A stretch of 64,000 nucleotides of DNA, taken from assembly GCA_017654855.1 (NCBI GenBank), contig CM030333.1, positions 3,100,001-3,164,000 on the forward strand, in the 5' to 3' direction. The DNA comes from Podospora anserina. Taxonomy: Eukaryota. Below are positions 1 to 11,031 of the stretch, one piece after another. The notes below the pieces were generated by a model, which ran no database searches, was not told the origin of the DNA, and saw only the letters and a list, made by a program, of their open reading frames with translations. The position numbers and the translations under genes were made by a program. Numbering within the stretch: position 1 is the stretch's first letter; the number at the start of each line of letters is the position of its first letter.

Positions 1-116
1 GCTGCTCATATTTCTTCTTTATCATACGAGACAGCTCCCAAGATGATTTGACTGCAGTAACTAAGCCTGTGAAAGCGGCAGCTGATGCAAAGGGAACTAG
101 GGGGGTATGACGCCAT
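1..116 (-). pseudogene. 5' part of a small hypothetical gene (MASY..SS..SAAAFTGLVTAVKSSWELSRMIKKKYEQ), +1 frameshift near codon 9; runs off window start
   Basis: Reverse complement aligns codon by codon with ORF 20406-20603; ttccctttgca vs ttccttggca gives one extra base. Confidence 0.7.
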
Positions 117-417
117 AAGTGCTAATTTATTAATAGGAAGTAATAAAGAAACTTAGGTAGGTATGTAAATATAAAATAGAACTGTAATTAAGACAAGCAG
201 TATGTTAGTTTATATGACGATTCAACTTTGCCTTTACCTTGACTTGCAAATTCGTTATTCGAACTTAAGCTGGTTAATTTGTACATTTCGAAATCAAACA
301 CATTTTTCCAAGCTGAAATTGACAGGGGGGTAGGGTGGAAGAGGCAGTGCTGCTCCTAACTACACACCCCACCCATGTCTAAAAGCGGCAATACATTTTC
401 CTTGACCGGGAAGAACA
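1..417. repeat. Diverged direct duplicate of 20489-20861 (coding start plus ~250-300 bp upstream)
   Basis: Shared blocks, e.g. ttcgaacttaagctggttaatttgtacatttcg / ttcgaacttaaactggttaatttggacatttcg and acacaccccaccca; similarity ends at gaagaaca in both copies. Confidence 0.9.
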
Positions 418-643
418 GCTTGTGCGCCGCCAGGTGCTTCGCCAAGCTCTCCGGTTTCCGCGCGCCGCCGTCCCTGGGCTCGGGTAGGAGGAGGCTGGTC
501 TGTCGGACCGGGTCGAACTGGAAGAAGTCGCCGAAGAACATGACGATCGGGATCCCACCGAACGGGCGATGCTGGTCGTCCCTGTACTGCCTCAGGCGGC
601 TGTCCACCGCCGCGAGCGTCAGAACGCCCACCTGGCTGATCTC
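418..643 (-). pseudogene. Fragment of a PIF1-family helicase (Helitron/TE-type), motif II-III region only
   Basis: EISQVG..LAAVDSRLRQ...PFGGIPIVMFFGDFFQFDPV matches PIF1 DE(I)S and FGG..GDFxQ motifs; GC-rich; truncated on both sides. Confidence 0.8.
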
Positions 644-1079
644 CTGCTCATGTGCCCTGTGCCCGGGCGCGAGCAGTTAAGCCGAGCTGCGGACCTATAA
701 AGGAAGGTCACGCGTTGACCCCGTAATCTGGCACCTGCAGAGGTCTCGAGTTTAGTCATTACAGCAGCTGCGGAGAGGCACTGACGGCCCATTTGCTTCG
801 TCTGTCAGGCCGGATGGGTCCTTGTCAGGGTGGCTTGTAGAGCAACCGTGCGAGAGATGTGTCACGATTAGATTTCGGAAATCCCCGAGTCCCACCAGAG
901 CGAGGCGTCTGGTTCAAGTGACGCCAAGTTCTCCCGCGGGCTAAGAGTTCTCCCCTATCTGACTGGGGAGGACGGCCAACGGAGGTTGTAGGTAAAACGT
1001 TATGCCCTTCGCAAGGGCAATAGTGCCGCTGGCAATAGGCTCTGAAACTTTAAATAGTCAGACGATCCTTGCAATGCAT

Positions 1080-2444
1080 CTATCTTGTTTCTATCACCTC
1101 GATTGCCGTTGTCCAGGCTTCGTGACTGCCCCCGACATCAAAAGAATCTTCAAATTCCTCTCCATTTTCGTGTTCCGCTCGGCACAATACGACAAGCCCC
1201 GCTGCAGTGCATAGTTTAATAGATAACTCAAGCCTTGGGAGATGATCACGAATTAGAGCGAACAAAGACCTCCAGTGGCCAATTCCACCCGAAACTCCTA
1301 CTCGGACCAAAGTAACGCTTTGGAGTGTTGCTTTGTGCCTCACGATAAAAGCCCCAAGATCCTGTACGCTACAATATGCCCTATAGAGCCCTAGGCATTG
1401 TAGATTCGGTATTTGAAGCTTCGGTGCGAGCTGTTTTAACCGGTCAACCCGTGGGCCGTAGTCGACGGGTGTGATGACCAGATCCAGTTGTGTGAGTTGT
1501 CGAAACACACCGATAAATGCTGATAAGTCGTCCGCCCATCGGTCCTCAGCGCCCCTCGTTGCCTCGGCGGATACATTTAGTGTGAGCTCCGTGAGGCTTG
1601 GAGGGAGGTTCTTGTAGTATTGGAAATGCGACTCCGAGGGTCTAAGAATGTCTGGCGCAATCGCTTCCCTAGAGAGGACACCAGCTGTGATGGCAAGGCT
1701 GCTAAGAGCGGCACCACTTGTAGCGATGGCTGTAAGGGTGATGCGAAGGACTTGGCCCAGAAACTGAACTTCCATGTAATCGTCTAGGGCGGTTGTTGGC
1801 GGTAGACCTGTTTGTCGGCCATGCGCTAGTGCACCCCAGGGCCGGTGCATGTTACTAATGACGGCAGCCTCGATGTTGGGAAGAGAAATCAACGCCTGCG
1901 TGATGTAGGCCTGCGCAAGGCCGGACATGATTATGTGTTCCTGCTCTTCCCACAGTGACGTATAAGCCACCTTATCCAAAAGCGTCTCATACGAGGCCTG
2001 AGACGAGACACTCCCTTCATCGGTTCCCCGACCTTCCTCTCCAGGGCTTTGGTCCTCCTCTTCGCCGGATGAGTGTGCATCATCTATGCTGCCCACTAAA
2101 GCTGCGGGAGGGGATCGACCTTCTTCTATGGCCAGTAATATGTCGCCTTCATGCCGTGCAGTATGAAAGTATGAATTTGGGAACTCCACGAAATGATCCG
2201 TACAGAGTTCGAGTGTTTTCACAGCAGGGCCAAAGTCTGGATGTCGCGCAATCTCCACGAGGTTTTCGAGGCTGAGCCTTGAGAGCATTATGTAGCGGGT
2301 CTGGAAGTACCGGCTGATGAAAGCTGGCAACGTGGCTGATTTTGTATATTTGGACGTCAACCGGAGGGCGGAGAAGCCTTGGGCGTCTAGCCCGCCAAAT
2401 ATGATAGCCAGCAGCTCGTTAGGAAGCCGAAGAAGTCCCACCAT
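1080..2444 (-). CDS. F-box domain protein, intronless, 454 aa
   Basis: N-terminal LLRLPNELLAIIFGGLD...LRLTSK F-box motif; LRR-like C-terminal half (LTELTL, LTQLDL, LQCLGL, LQSVTL). Confidence 0.85.
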   Translation of the reverse strand: MVGLLRLPNELLAIIFGGLDAQGFSALRLTSKYTKSATLPAFISRYFQTRYIMLSRLSLENLVEIARHPDFGPAVKTLELCTDHFVEFPNSYFHTARHEGDILLAIEEGRSPPAALVGSIDDAHSSGEEEDQSPGEEGRGTDEGSVSSQASYETLLDKVAYTSLWEEQEHIIMSGLAQAYITQALISLPNIEAAVISNMHRPWGALAHGRQTGLPPTTALDDYMEVQFLGQVLRITLTAIATSGAALSSLAITAGVLSREAIAPDILRPSESHFQYYKNLPPSLTELTLNVSAEATRGAEDRWADDLSAFIGVFRQLTQLDLVITPVDYGPRVDRLKQLAPKLQIPNLQCLGLYRAYCSVQDLGAFIVRHKATLQSVTLVRVGVSGGIGHWRSLFALIRDHLPRLELSIKLCTAAGLVVLCRAEHENGEEFEDSFDVGGSHEAWTTAIEVIETR

Positions 2445-2652
2445 TGTATCTGAGAGGATTCTTAAAGGTATGTTCGAGTAGAATAGAGCTTACAGCTATG
2501 CAAACTTTGAGGGAAATGTATCGTAATGTGTTGAATGGTGTTTCGGCTGAGCTGTGGGCGGGGTCAGGATGGGTGGGTGGATGGATGGAATTTATTTCGC
2601 CCGGACTGCCTAACTTTTCAACCGGCTTCACTTCGGGTCAAAGACTAGCGAG

Positions 2653-3045
2653 TGTCACAACTTAAGCCAACAAGCCCCGTGACATGCATGAAGGCGTGGG
2701 GCTCGGAACGCCCCCAGACAACACGCAGGCAGGGCATGCAGAGGGCTGCAGGTCTTGACCAATGGGAAGATGCTCTGTGATCTCAGTGATCTGGTGCCAA
2801 GCATCACAGATCGCCACAGATCAAGGTGCGAGGTACCTATCGATTATTAGATAGCTATATAGTCACTCGTTCTGGAGGACTCTGGGAGTTCTCCGGTAAG
2901 CAATGCAAGCAGTCAGCTACACCTACTGTTGAGACAATTGCTTGTGCAGTTGTTGTGAACCCTTTGGCTTCACCGAACCTTCATCCGTCAAGTGTGTTGA
3001 TACCTCTGGAGCCCCTCTCAGTGGTTCTGGGTTAAAGATTTATCA
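2653..3045 (+). mobile_element. Solo LTR, 393 bp, 5-bp TSD GCGAG
   Basis: gcgag|TGTCACAAC...TTTATCA|gcgag; internal TATA-like ctatatagt; little sign of RIP. Confidence 0.9.
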
Positions 3046-3541
3046 GCGAGCCGAATAGTAGAGAGGTTGGCATACAAATTCTATACAACAAACCCACTCT
3101 CCTACCAACATTTTCTACGCAAAGTACAGCAGAGTTCCACCAGGCTTCATTTAGCGTACCGCTTGCCGGCACGGTCACTCTTGTTCAACTAGGAGCTCGA
3201 CGGTCCTGGGAAGCGGGGGCGCCATCCTCATCCTGCTCTCTGTCGTCCGGAACGAGAGGATGGCGTTCTCCGTCACTCGTTAGATCGCTGTCGTCATGGT
3301 GATCAGGATGTTGAGAGAGGTGGCAGCTGCCGGACACTGAAGCCATGTCTCTGTCACCGATAACCTGCTCCAGGCAAAGGTACGGTGGTGGATAACAGCA
3401 GCGTGTATGCTCGCTGCCCCCTCTGCGAAGAGATCTACTACCACGGCTTCTCCGGCTACGCTGTCCGACAATGCCACCGCGTTTCTCACTGTACAGTACC
3501 ACAAGGATATGGTCTCAGAGAAGTTTAAAATTTCGCTGTTT

Positions 3542-4022
3542 TGTCGCTCACGGAACCCGTAGCTAGGGCGAACCGGGATAGCCTAGTCTCCAGTTGAGGC
3601 ACTTGGTAGGTATGCGCGGAAAAGGGCTGATACGATTTAGGCTTAGCGGTAAGGGTTTAGTCCGGCCTGGACAAAAGTGCTATGGCACCAAGGCTCACGA
3701 GCAGTCTGCAGGATGCAAGATGCTAAGGGTGATCAGAGGCATAGCACGACGAGCACGTTGCAGGATGCAATGTGCTAGGAGTGATCGGGGCCATAGCAGG
3801 GCGAGAACCTCACGGTCCCGGGATCTATATATACGGAGGAACTGGCTGGTGTAGATAGACAGTTCCGCAGTATGCAATTACAAGTCACAATCGTTGGTAT
3901 CTAGACGGTTGTGATCGAGACAAGCCATTGGTGTACACTGGTTAGCTGTACCGAACCAGGATTGTTCAGAAGTGCCTTCAACCGGTATCCCTTTCAGAGG
4001 TTCTGGATAGGGGTTCGTCACA
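3542..4022 (+). mobile_element. LTR of a retrotransposon (resembles the Podospora crapaud-type LTR, from memory)
   Basis: TGTCG...CGTCACA ends; TATATA box ~3826; 3' ~195 bp homologous to reverse complement of 4130-4322; no clean TSD, left end approximate. Confidence 0.75.
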
Positions 4023-4129
4023 TCGGAGCCTGGGCCTAAGACTGGGTATTAGTAGTGTTAGTGGTAGCTATAGCGTTTATCTTGATGCCTTTAACTTATC
4101 CGTGACAGAGTTAAAGTGATTATGCAACG

Positions 4130-4543
4130 TGTGACGATCCCCTATCTAGAACCTCTAAAAGGGATACCGGTTAAAGGCGAACTTCTAAATAATAGATCGG
4201 TGCAGCTAAACAGTGCATAACAAGATGTCTTAATGTAAACACTTAGGATACCGTGAATACAAGCTGTGATTGCATATTGCGGAACTATCTACAAGCTATC
4301 TAGTTCCTCTGTATATATAGACCTTTATTTCCCTGGATTATTCCTTTCTTCCCACAATCCATGCCTGGATCGTTGGATCTTTAACATAATCCAACGATCC
4401 CTTATTTTCCCTGGATCGTTGGATCATCGCCATAATCCAATAATCGCTTCTTGATAGGTCCGTCTATCCTGTCCTCCGATTAGTTACATTTCTCTGGACT
4501 TTGATTGGTCCTACCGCCGGGTCCTTGCCTTGATGTTATGACA
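4130..4543 (-). mobile_element. Second LTR of the same family, inverted, partly RIPed
   Basis: tgtgacgatcccctatctagaacc is the reverse complement of the 3' end of the 3542-4022 LTR; plus-strand right end ttatgaca; flanks caacg/ctact are not a perfect TSD. Confidence 0.8.
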
Positions 4544-4564
4544 CTACTTCTTTGTCTTTTGCAG

Positions 4565-6460
4565 GGCATAGTTCCCTATACTTACCTTCCTTCGGTGCCA
4601 CCTCACACCGTCGTACCTCGCAGTCCAAGGACCCCAGAGTCTTCAGGTAATTGCTTCCGACCTACCTGGAAGGCATACAACTAGCCTGCCGGCGACATAT
4701 CTCAACAGATACCATTGCTGAACGGTGAGAGTATCGATAAGCGATAACTTCCTAATAGATATACGGCTTTATAAAGCGCTTATAGTAATCCTAATCGGTC
4801 GGACAATAAAATTTCTTTTATTAGCTTTTTATTCTACGAGAGGGCTGATCCAAGGCTTACTACCGAAGGTTCTCAATTAACTTCCCTATACCTCACCGCC
4901 TACAATAATAATATAAAAGTATTTCAGGCTATTAAAGGAAGCTTAGTGCCGGAGGATAAGGGGCCGGCTAATACTAAAGGACTCGATACTCGAACTACAA
5001 GGCTCCCCGTCTTCACCAAGGCACAAAATATAATGGTATTACCCTCCCGACCGTCGACTTCGATAAGTACGGTTTCCACTGTGCAGCGCTATAGAAGCCA
5101 TAAAAGGGAATGGAAAGGCCTCCTATATAAGGCTAACAAGAACGGCAGAAATATTCTTCACATGGTTGCTTGGGGGGTAGCACCTGAGGCGGCCGAGTTC
5201 TTGGTTCACGAGATTGTGAGAGAGAGGTTGAGTAACCGGTTGATTAGGGAGAAGGATTATAAGAGTAGAACGCCTTGGGATGTCTTGAATGGGCAGCTCT
5301 CCGGGGGAGATAAGGATGAAAGAGCGTTGAGGAGAGCGAAGGCTGCGCTGGAAAAGGCGGGTGTCCACTTGGATGCAGCTCAAGAAAAGGACGTACAGAC
5401 CAAGATACTACCTAAAGTCGACGAGCAACACGAAAATACAAACAATACGTCGAATACTACTCCACGCCATTAACCACGCAGGAGCCCGTCTCAAGTTAGG
5501 TCCGAGGTTCAATCTCTATATCAATAACGGGACCGTTCTCAGGATAAAACCCCCGACCCAGATCAACGACACAGTCGGCCTCCTAGCTACAACAATAACC
5601 GTGATCAATCCATAAGAGATAACCGAAATCATCCACAGGGCCACACGAAGCATCGATATAGCAGTCGATCTGAGCCTTTTGGTCAAAACCGGCAATAAAA
5701 GCAACTTCAGAATCAAAAGGGCCACCTCAAACCTCCAGGTTGTGGAGATGAGGGCTGGTCGGTGGGCAATAATGACAGCCGCCGTATAAGATTCAATACA
5801 CCTACGGAGGACGCCAGTAAGAATAATACCAACAGAAAAAACCTATGGCCCCCAAAGATACCCGTCCCCGGGCCGCCAGACAAGATAGGCAGATAATAAA
5901 CAAGATTCCGAGTGGTAAAGTGATACCCGACACTGCCACGAGTGATAAAGTAAGCGGTGAAAAACAAGACTTAGCACTGAGAAACAAGATAATAAATACC
6001 CGGGTCGTTCCTTTAAATCAGACGAATAAGTCACCGCCGAGTCGAGATGCCAGACCACCCAGTCCACCGCCTCCATTGAACCAGAGATACAAGTCCTCGA
6101 ATGCCTCGAACCGAAAGATTAAAGATGACACACGCCCAGCCTCGATCAAAGCTGAAAGCCAAAGGAAGCCTGGAAGTGAAGTCACCCCGGGTGAGACTGG
6201 GTAAAAAAGGAGGAAAGCTGGGAGGGATACACCATCCAAAGTTGGGCATTAAAACACAGCCAGGGAGAGCAAAGGGGCTGCTGGGAATAAACAAGACTCA
6301 TGCGGTGATCTTCGGAATGACAAGCGGCAGACAAACCACAGTTTTATGGCATCAGGTCCTGAGTTTGGTCAGATGCTTCAGGCTGAGCCTCATATTAAGA
6401 AGTGTTTAGAGAGTGTTACACCTAGGTCTGGCCTTTGTGGATCAGTGGGATTCAAATAGC
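4565..6460 (+). pseudogene. RIP-damaged ankyrin-repeat gene, paralog of 8938-10609, long hydrophilic C-terminal tail
   Basis: ADPRLTTEGSQLTSLYLTAYNNN and GRNILHMVAWGVAPEAAEFL align with ADPTATLNAAYSQLTAVHIASYHNN and GMTPLHWAAYGVCPEATEFL; multiple TAA stops; 3' end approximate. Confidence 0.75.
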
Positions 6461-6496
6461 ATAGAAGGGATAATACGTTAGATAAGAGAGCTCTAG

Positions 6497-8457
6497 ACGT
6501 TAGGTTGGATGACCAAGAAATGGACCACATGTGGATCTGGTCCACCACCACCACACCAGCCACACAACCTTGTTCAGATTACCCCTGAATGATCACACTG
6601 GCCACAACAAGACTAATATTGCGTCAATTTCTATGGAGTTATACCAAAATGTAGCTCAATCACTGTCAGAGTCAGACATTGCATCTGCTTCTCGCTTGCG
6701 CCTGGTTTAAACCCGATGACGTGCGCTGCGCCGCATAGGCTGGGCTGGCTCTGGCTGCTCCATATCCTCCTTGGCTACCACTTCTTCCTCCACCACCCTC
6801 CCTTCAATGCGGGCCTCTTCCAGTTCACAGAGCCTCACAAACTTGGAATTCGAGTTTTCTCTATTCAACTTACGCCTTTTTCTTGCCTCCTGGGCCTTCT
6901 GGGCGTTCTGTTGGTGCCTTGCCGCATCAGCTTTGTGGATGGATGCCTCAGATCTCAGTGTGAGTATAGTACTGGTGAGAGTCCTTGCCGCAAGCCGTTT
7001 TCCGGCCGGCGTATGGTTCTTGAGTAGGTCCCTGACCTTCTTAGCCACCTAGGAATCCCCCACGATATAGAAAGTAGGTGTTTTTGAAGAGAGATCCAAC
7101 GGCACCACAGGGACTACCACCTGGCTTAAAAAGAGCGGTTTGCGCCTACGTATGGGCCATAATCCTGTCCCACGCCAGCCACCGGCAATATTCTCTTTCC
7201 TAAAGCCCTACTTACGGGCAAGGTTATATAGCCGGACTAAATCGACTTTACCGTTAAGCGTATAGTTAATAAGGGCGTTATTTATAACTATAAGCCTCTT
7301 ATACGCCTTCTTTATACTAGAAAAGTAGTTAATATTTAAGGGTTAAAGGACGTAAAAGTAGTAGGGGAGTAGGAAAAGAAAGTAAATATAACTTTTATAG
7401 TACCGGATTATAAAGTTATTAATAGTATATAAGCTATAGCTATTATAAATAAGAAAACGGTATTTTAATAAATCTTTAGGTTTAATCCTTAATATAAAAA
7501 CTCCTTTTAACTAATTAAAAGTAAAGTTATTACTAATCTAACTATTATCTAATATAGTTATATACTAGTCTTTATTTAATTAATCCTTAAATTATTACTT
7601 TTAAAGGTCTTTACTTTTAAAGATAACTTTAAAGGGAAGGACTTTTACGTTTTATAAAATATATTTAAGTATAGTAGTTTAGGTCCTTCTTCCGTTCTAT
7701 TTAATATATATAGACTTTTTATCCCGCTTCGAAAACCTAATAATTAAACCGTTCTTTCCTTAACTTTTTATTATACTTACTTTATCATAATTATACTTAT
7801 ACTTAAGTTTAATTTAATTAACGGTAAAATATAGGTTAAAAAACTTAATAATATTCTTCGGGGTAACTTCGTTAACTCTAACGTAATTAATTTTCTTCTA
7901 ACCTTTATTTTAATATCGGGATAACGGCTAATAAAGTAGGATACCTAATACTTACTAAGGGGGTTAGGATCGCCTTATTTAGCTAATAAACTAGCTACTA
8001 AAGCCTTTATATTAGTATAGGTAGGAGCGTAGCTAAGGCTTTCCTAACGAAGGATCCATTAAACAATAAAGTCTTCTTAGCCGTAAAAAAATCGCTATTA
8101 GTTTTCATAGGCAAAGTTCCTTAGTAGGGTACCATCAATGCGGTGCTTTAGGGTGGAACGTGGAATCCCGTGCTTGTTGGACGCTTTTCGCTAGCTTATA
8201 CCAGCGGCAATATCTTTCTAAGCATTTAACATCCTCCTCGGTATATTTGGCCATTGGTGGGTACCTGGAGCAAAAAAAAGTAAAAGAAAAGCTTCATTTT
8301 TGGTCTCTGTGGGTGGAATATAAAATGTGTGTTGATATCGGGGGGCTTTCGGAGGTCCAGAGTTGTGGAGGGTTTAATGTGGGTAGATGGCTTGGGTAGT
8401 TCAAACCTACCTGGGCCACATCCATATGTGGTCCACTTCCTTGTCATCCAACCTAGT
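6497..8457 (-). mobile_element. Fot1/pogo (Tc1-mariner superfamily) DNA transposon, RIP-inactivated
   Basis: ~44-bp imperfect TIRs (taggttggatgaccaagaaatggaccacatgtggat / atccatatgtggtccacttccttgtcatccaaccta); TA after the right end; AT-rich core. Confidence 0.9.
6707..8254 (-). pseudogene. DDE transposase of the element, many RIP stops
   Basis: N-terminal psq-like HTH (MAKYTEED...ASNKHGIPRSTLKHRIDG); degraded pogo DDE core; C-terminal ORF 6707-7048. Confidence 0.85.
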
Positions 8458-8937
8458 TAATCAGAATCGGAATGTGCAGAATACTAACATTATAAAAACA
8501 ATATTATTTAAAAGACATAATTGTCCGCTACAGACTCTACTGATTTCTTTGTGTCTACCTATTTTGCTTCTCGTTATTGTTCCATGAAACATGAAGCATG
8601 CGATGTGTGATTTCAGCAGGAGGAATATACCCCCATGGGGAGGTGAGGCTCTGCTGCCAAGGGGGGCGCAGTCGTGCTGTTCCCCCATGATGTCAGCACA
8701 ATGAGCCGCCAACATGCTTGTCAAGGGCCAGCTGAATCCGACCTTGGGGCTGAGTCCACAACCGTGAGGACAATCTGTGGAAGTCTAAACTGTAAAGTAT
8801 CCTCGGATTTCCACCTCTACCTCCGTTCCGGTCATGTACATGTTTACCTATCTTTCCTGCTCACTCCAGTTTCACCCAACTCCTTTCTAGATCACTCCCG
8901 TTCTTCAGTACGAAATTCGTGACAGCCAAAGCATACA

Positions 8938-10609
8938 ATGTTGGACCAGGTCATCATACTACAGGATTCCGCCCAGAGGCTCTCAACAACCTACAACACC
9001 TTGACCTACCAGGTCCTATGCAGTGACAGCAGTCTCAGGGATCTTTTCAGTAGCATCAAGACTGTCTCTGTAGCACTGGACTCGTGCAGAGGTCTTCTTG
9101 AACAGCTCAAGTCTGGCACAACCAGCATTCCGATACCCACAGATCTCTCCCCGCGTCTTGAGGCGAACCTGGAGGAGTGCAAGGAAGCCTTTGCGGATGC
9201 CGACGAGAAGGCAAAAAAGCTGATGCCCCAGCTCGGTCAGCTCGGTTCCACGAAGCTGTTTGAGATATTCACGCCTGCTGAGATATATCGGCTGACGAGT
9301 CAGCTATATGCGAGGGGACGGGAGTTTTATCGGGTTGGTCAGGCTATTAGGTTGTATGTTGACCCTTCCCTCCTTTATCACATTATCACAATAACACATT
9401 ACCCCTTCTACGCATTACCACATTACCACATTACCACATTACCACATTACCACATTACCACATTACCACATTACCACATTACCACATTACCACATTTCCA
9501 CAATAACAGATTAGCACATTAACACATTAGCACATTAACATATTACCACACTACCATAACACTATATTAACCCCTCCACGCAACCCGCTGAGCCTTCATA
9601 CCTATTCATGCGGTTTTGTACTGACGTGCCATCAACAACATCCAGACAAACAACCTCACAACTCCCCCAAAACATCCTCTCCAACGCCCGACAGCCATTC
9701 GGCCAGCCCCTCCAAATCCGAGGTTTCCAACCCATCGTTCAATTCCAACCCCCGAGATTCCAATACCAGCCCAACAACACCCCCAAAATCAACGAGAAAT
9801 CCCAACCGACCGGGCACACCACCCTCCACGATCTATGCGCCACCACCGGAAAAACCACCAAAACCACTACCGTCATCAAGTCCCTCCTGGAAAAAGGAGC
9901 CGACCCAACCGCCACACTCAACGCAGCTTATTCCCAGTTAACAGCCGTACACATCGCCTCCTACCACAACAACGTCGCCGCGCTGGAAGCCATCAAGGAC
10001 AGTATGACAACTATCAAAACATTTATATACCAGCCAACTACCACCAGGTACACCCACTATCAGACAGCCCCCAGTAATTACACTTCCTATCAGCCTACAA
10101 GTTACATCGGGCAGTATAAATGGAAGAACCTGCTCAAACAGAAAGATTTCCAGGGCATGACGCCCCTTCACTGGGCAGCCTATGGTGTCTGTCCTGAGGC
10201 GACAGAATTCTTGCTTAAAGAGGTGGAGGATGCTGGGTTGAGGCAAGAGGTGGTTGATGGCAGGGATCGAGAGGGGAGGACGGCGTTGATTGTTCTGGCG
10301 GGGGGGTATAAGTTGCGGGATAGGGAGTCGGTGACAAAGATTGCGAAGGGACTTGTCAAGGCGGGGGCGAGTTTGGATGTGGGGGATAGGAGGGGGAAGA
10401 CGGCGAGGGGGATGGTGGTTGAGCTTGGGGTTGAGAAGGAGGCGGCTGGGAAGAAGGAGGAGGAGCAGACGGGTGGTGGTGGTGGTGTTTTTGGGTTGGG
10501 TTATCAAGGGGGTTATCAGGCTTATAGGTGGCAGGGTTATCAGGGAGGGGGGCAGCAGAGTAATGGTTTGCCGGGTTGGAGGGGAAATAGCTATCAGGGA
10601 GGAGGTTAG
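8938..10609 (+). CDS. Helical fungal N-terminal (HeLo-like/SesA-like) domain + ankyrin repeats + Gly/Tyr/Gln-rich tail; 2 exons (8938-9353, 9646-10609), 459 aa
   Basis: GTATGT donor 9354, CTGAC branch, CAG acceptor 9645 join in frame; ANK motifs GHTTLHDLC, GMTPLHWAA, GRTALIVL; N-terminal domain family is inferred. Confidence 0.8.
9394..9570. repeat. Intronic (CATTACCA)n octamer tandem repeat with degenerate edges
   Basis: About 10 perfect units at 9413-9492, decaying copies on both sides. Confidence 0.95.
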
Positions 10610-11031
10610 ACAAGTGGGAGGTAGGGATTCAACCGTTGGAGAAAGTCAATCTGAAAAGTGTTTTTGAAGCCATCACCAACCTTATCGTTGATCTCGGGAT
10701 GGACGCCACATTGGGACCCTGGGTGAAATTTGCCGAGCAAGGGTCTAGTTCAGCTCCCAGCGCTAGCAGGGATTATTTGCAGATCTTGTCCCCGCAATCT
10801 GGCACTTGAGAGGCAGGGGTCATTCCCTTGGGTTGACCCTTGATGACGAAGTTCTTGTCGGAAGAATTGTGAGGAAACATTTTCAGAGTTGAAAAGCAAC
10901 ATTATGTTGTTAACACAAACAAGCAAGCTAGCAGAGGTATCATAGTCCCAATAAATCACAACCCATTATCCACCAAAAAAACTAGGTACTCCATTATCCC
11001 ACCATCGCCATCACTCCATCACCCACCCACT

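Noticed and set aside
3185-3530. Short minus-strand ORFs upstream of the F-box gene
   Set aside because: No recognisable motif; cut by an LTR; frame ambiguous
356-3540. Complete Helitron carrying the F-box gene
   Set aside because: Only ~225 bp of helicase, no Rep domain or identifiable termini; the hairpin-like region at 2770-2822 belongs to a solo LTR
9413-9492. Telomeric repeat, CRISPR array or real PHYHITTL coding repeat
   Set aside because: Unit is not TTAGGG, there are no spacers, and it lies within a canonical intron
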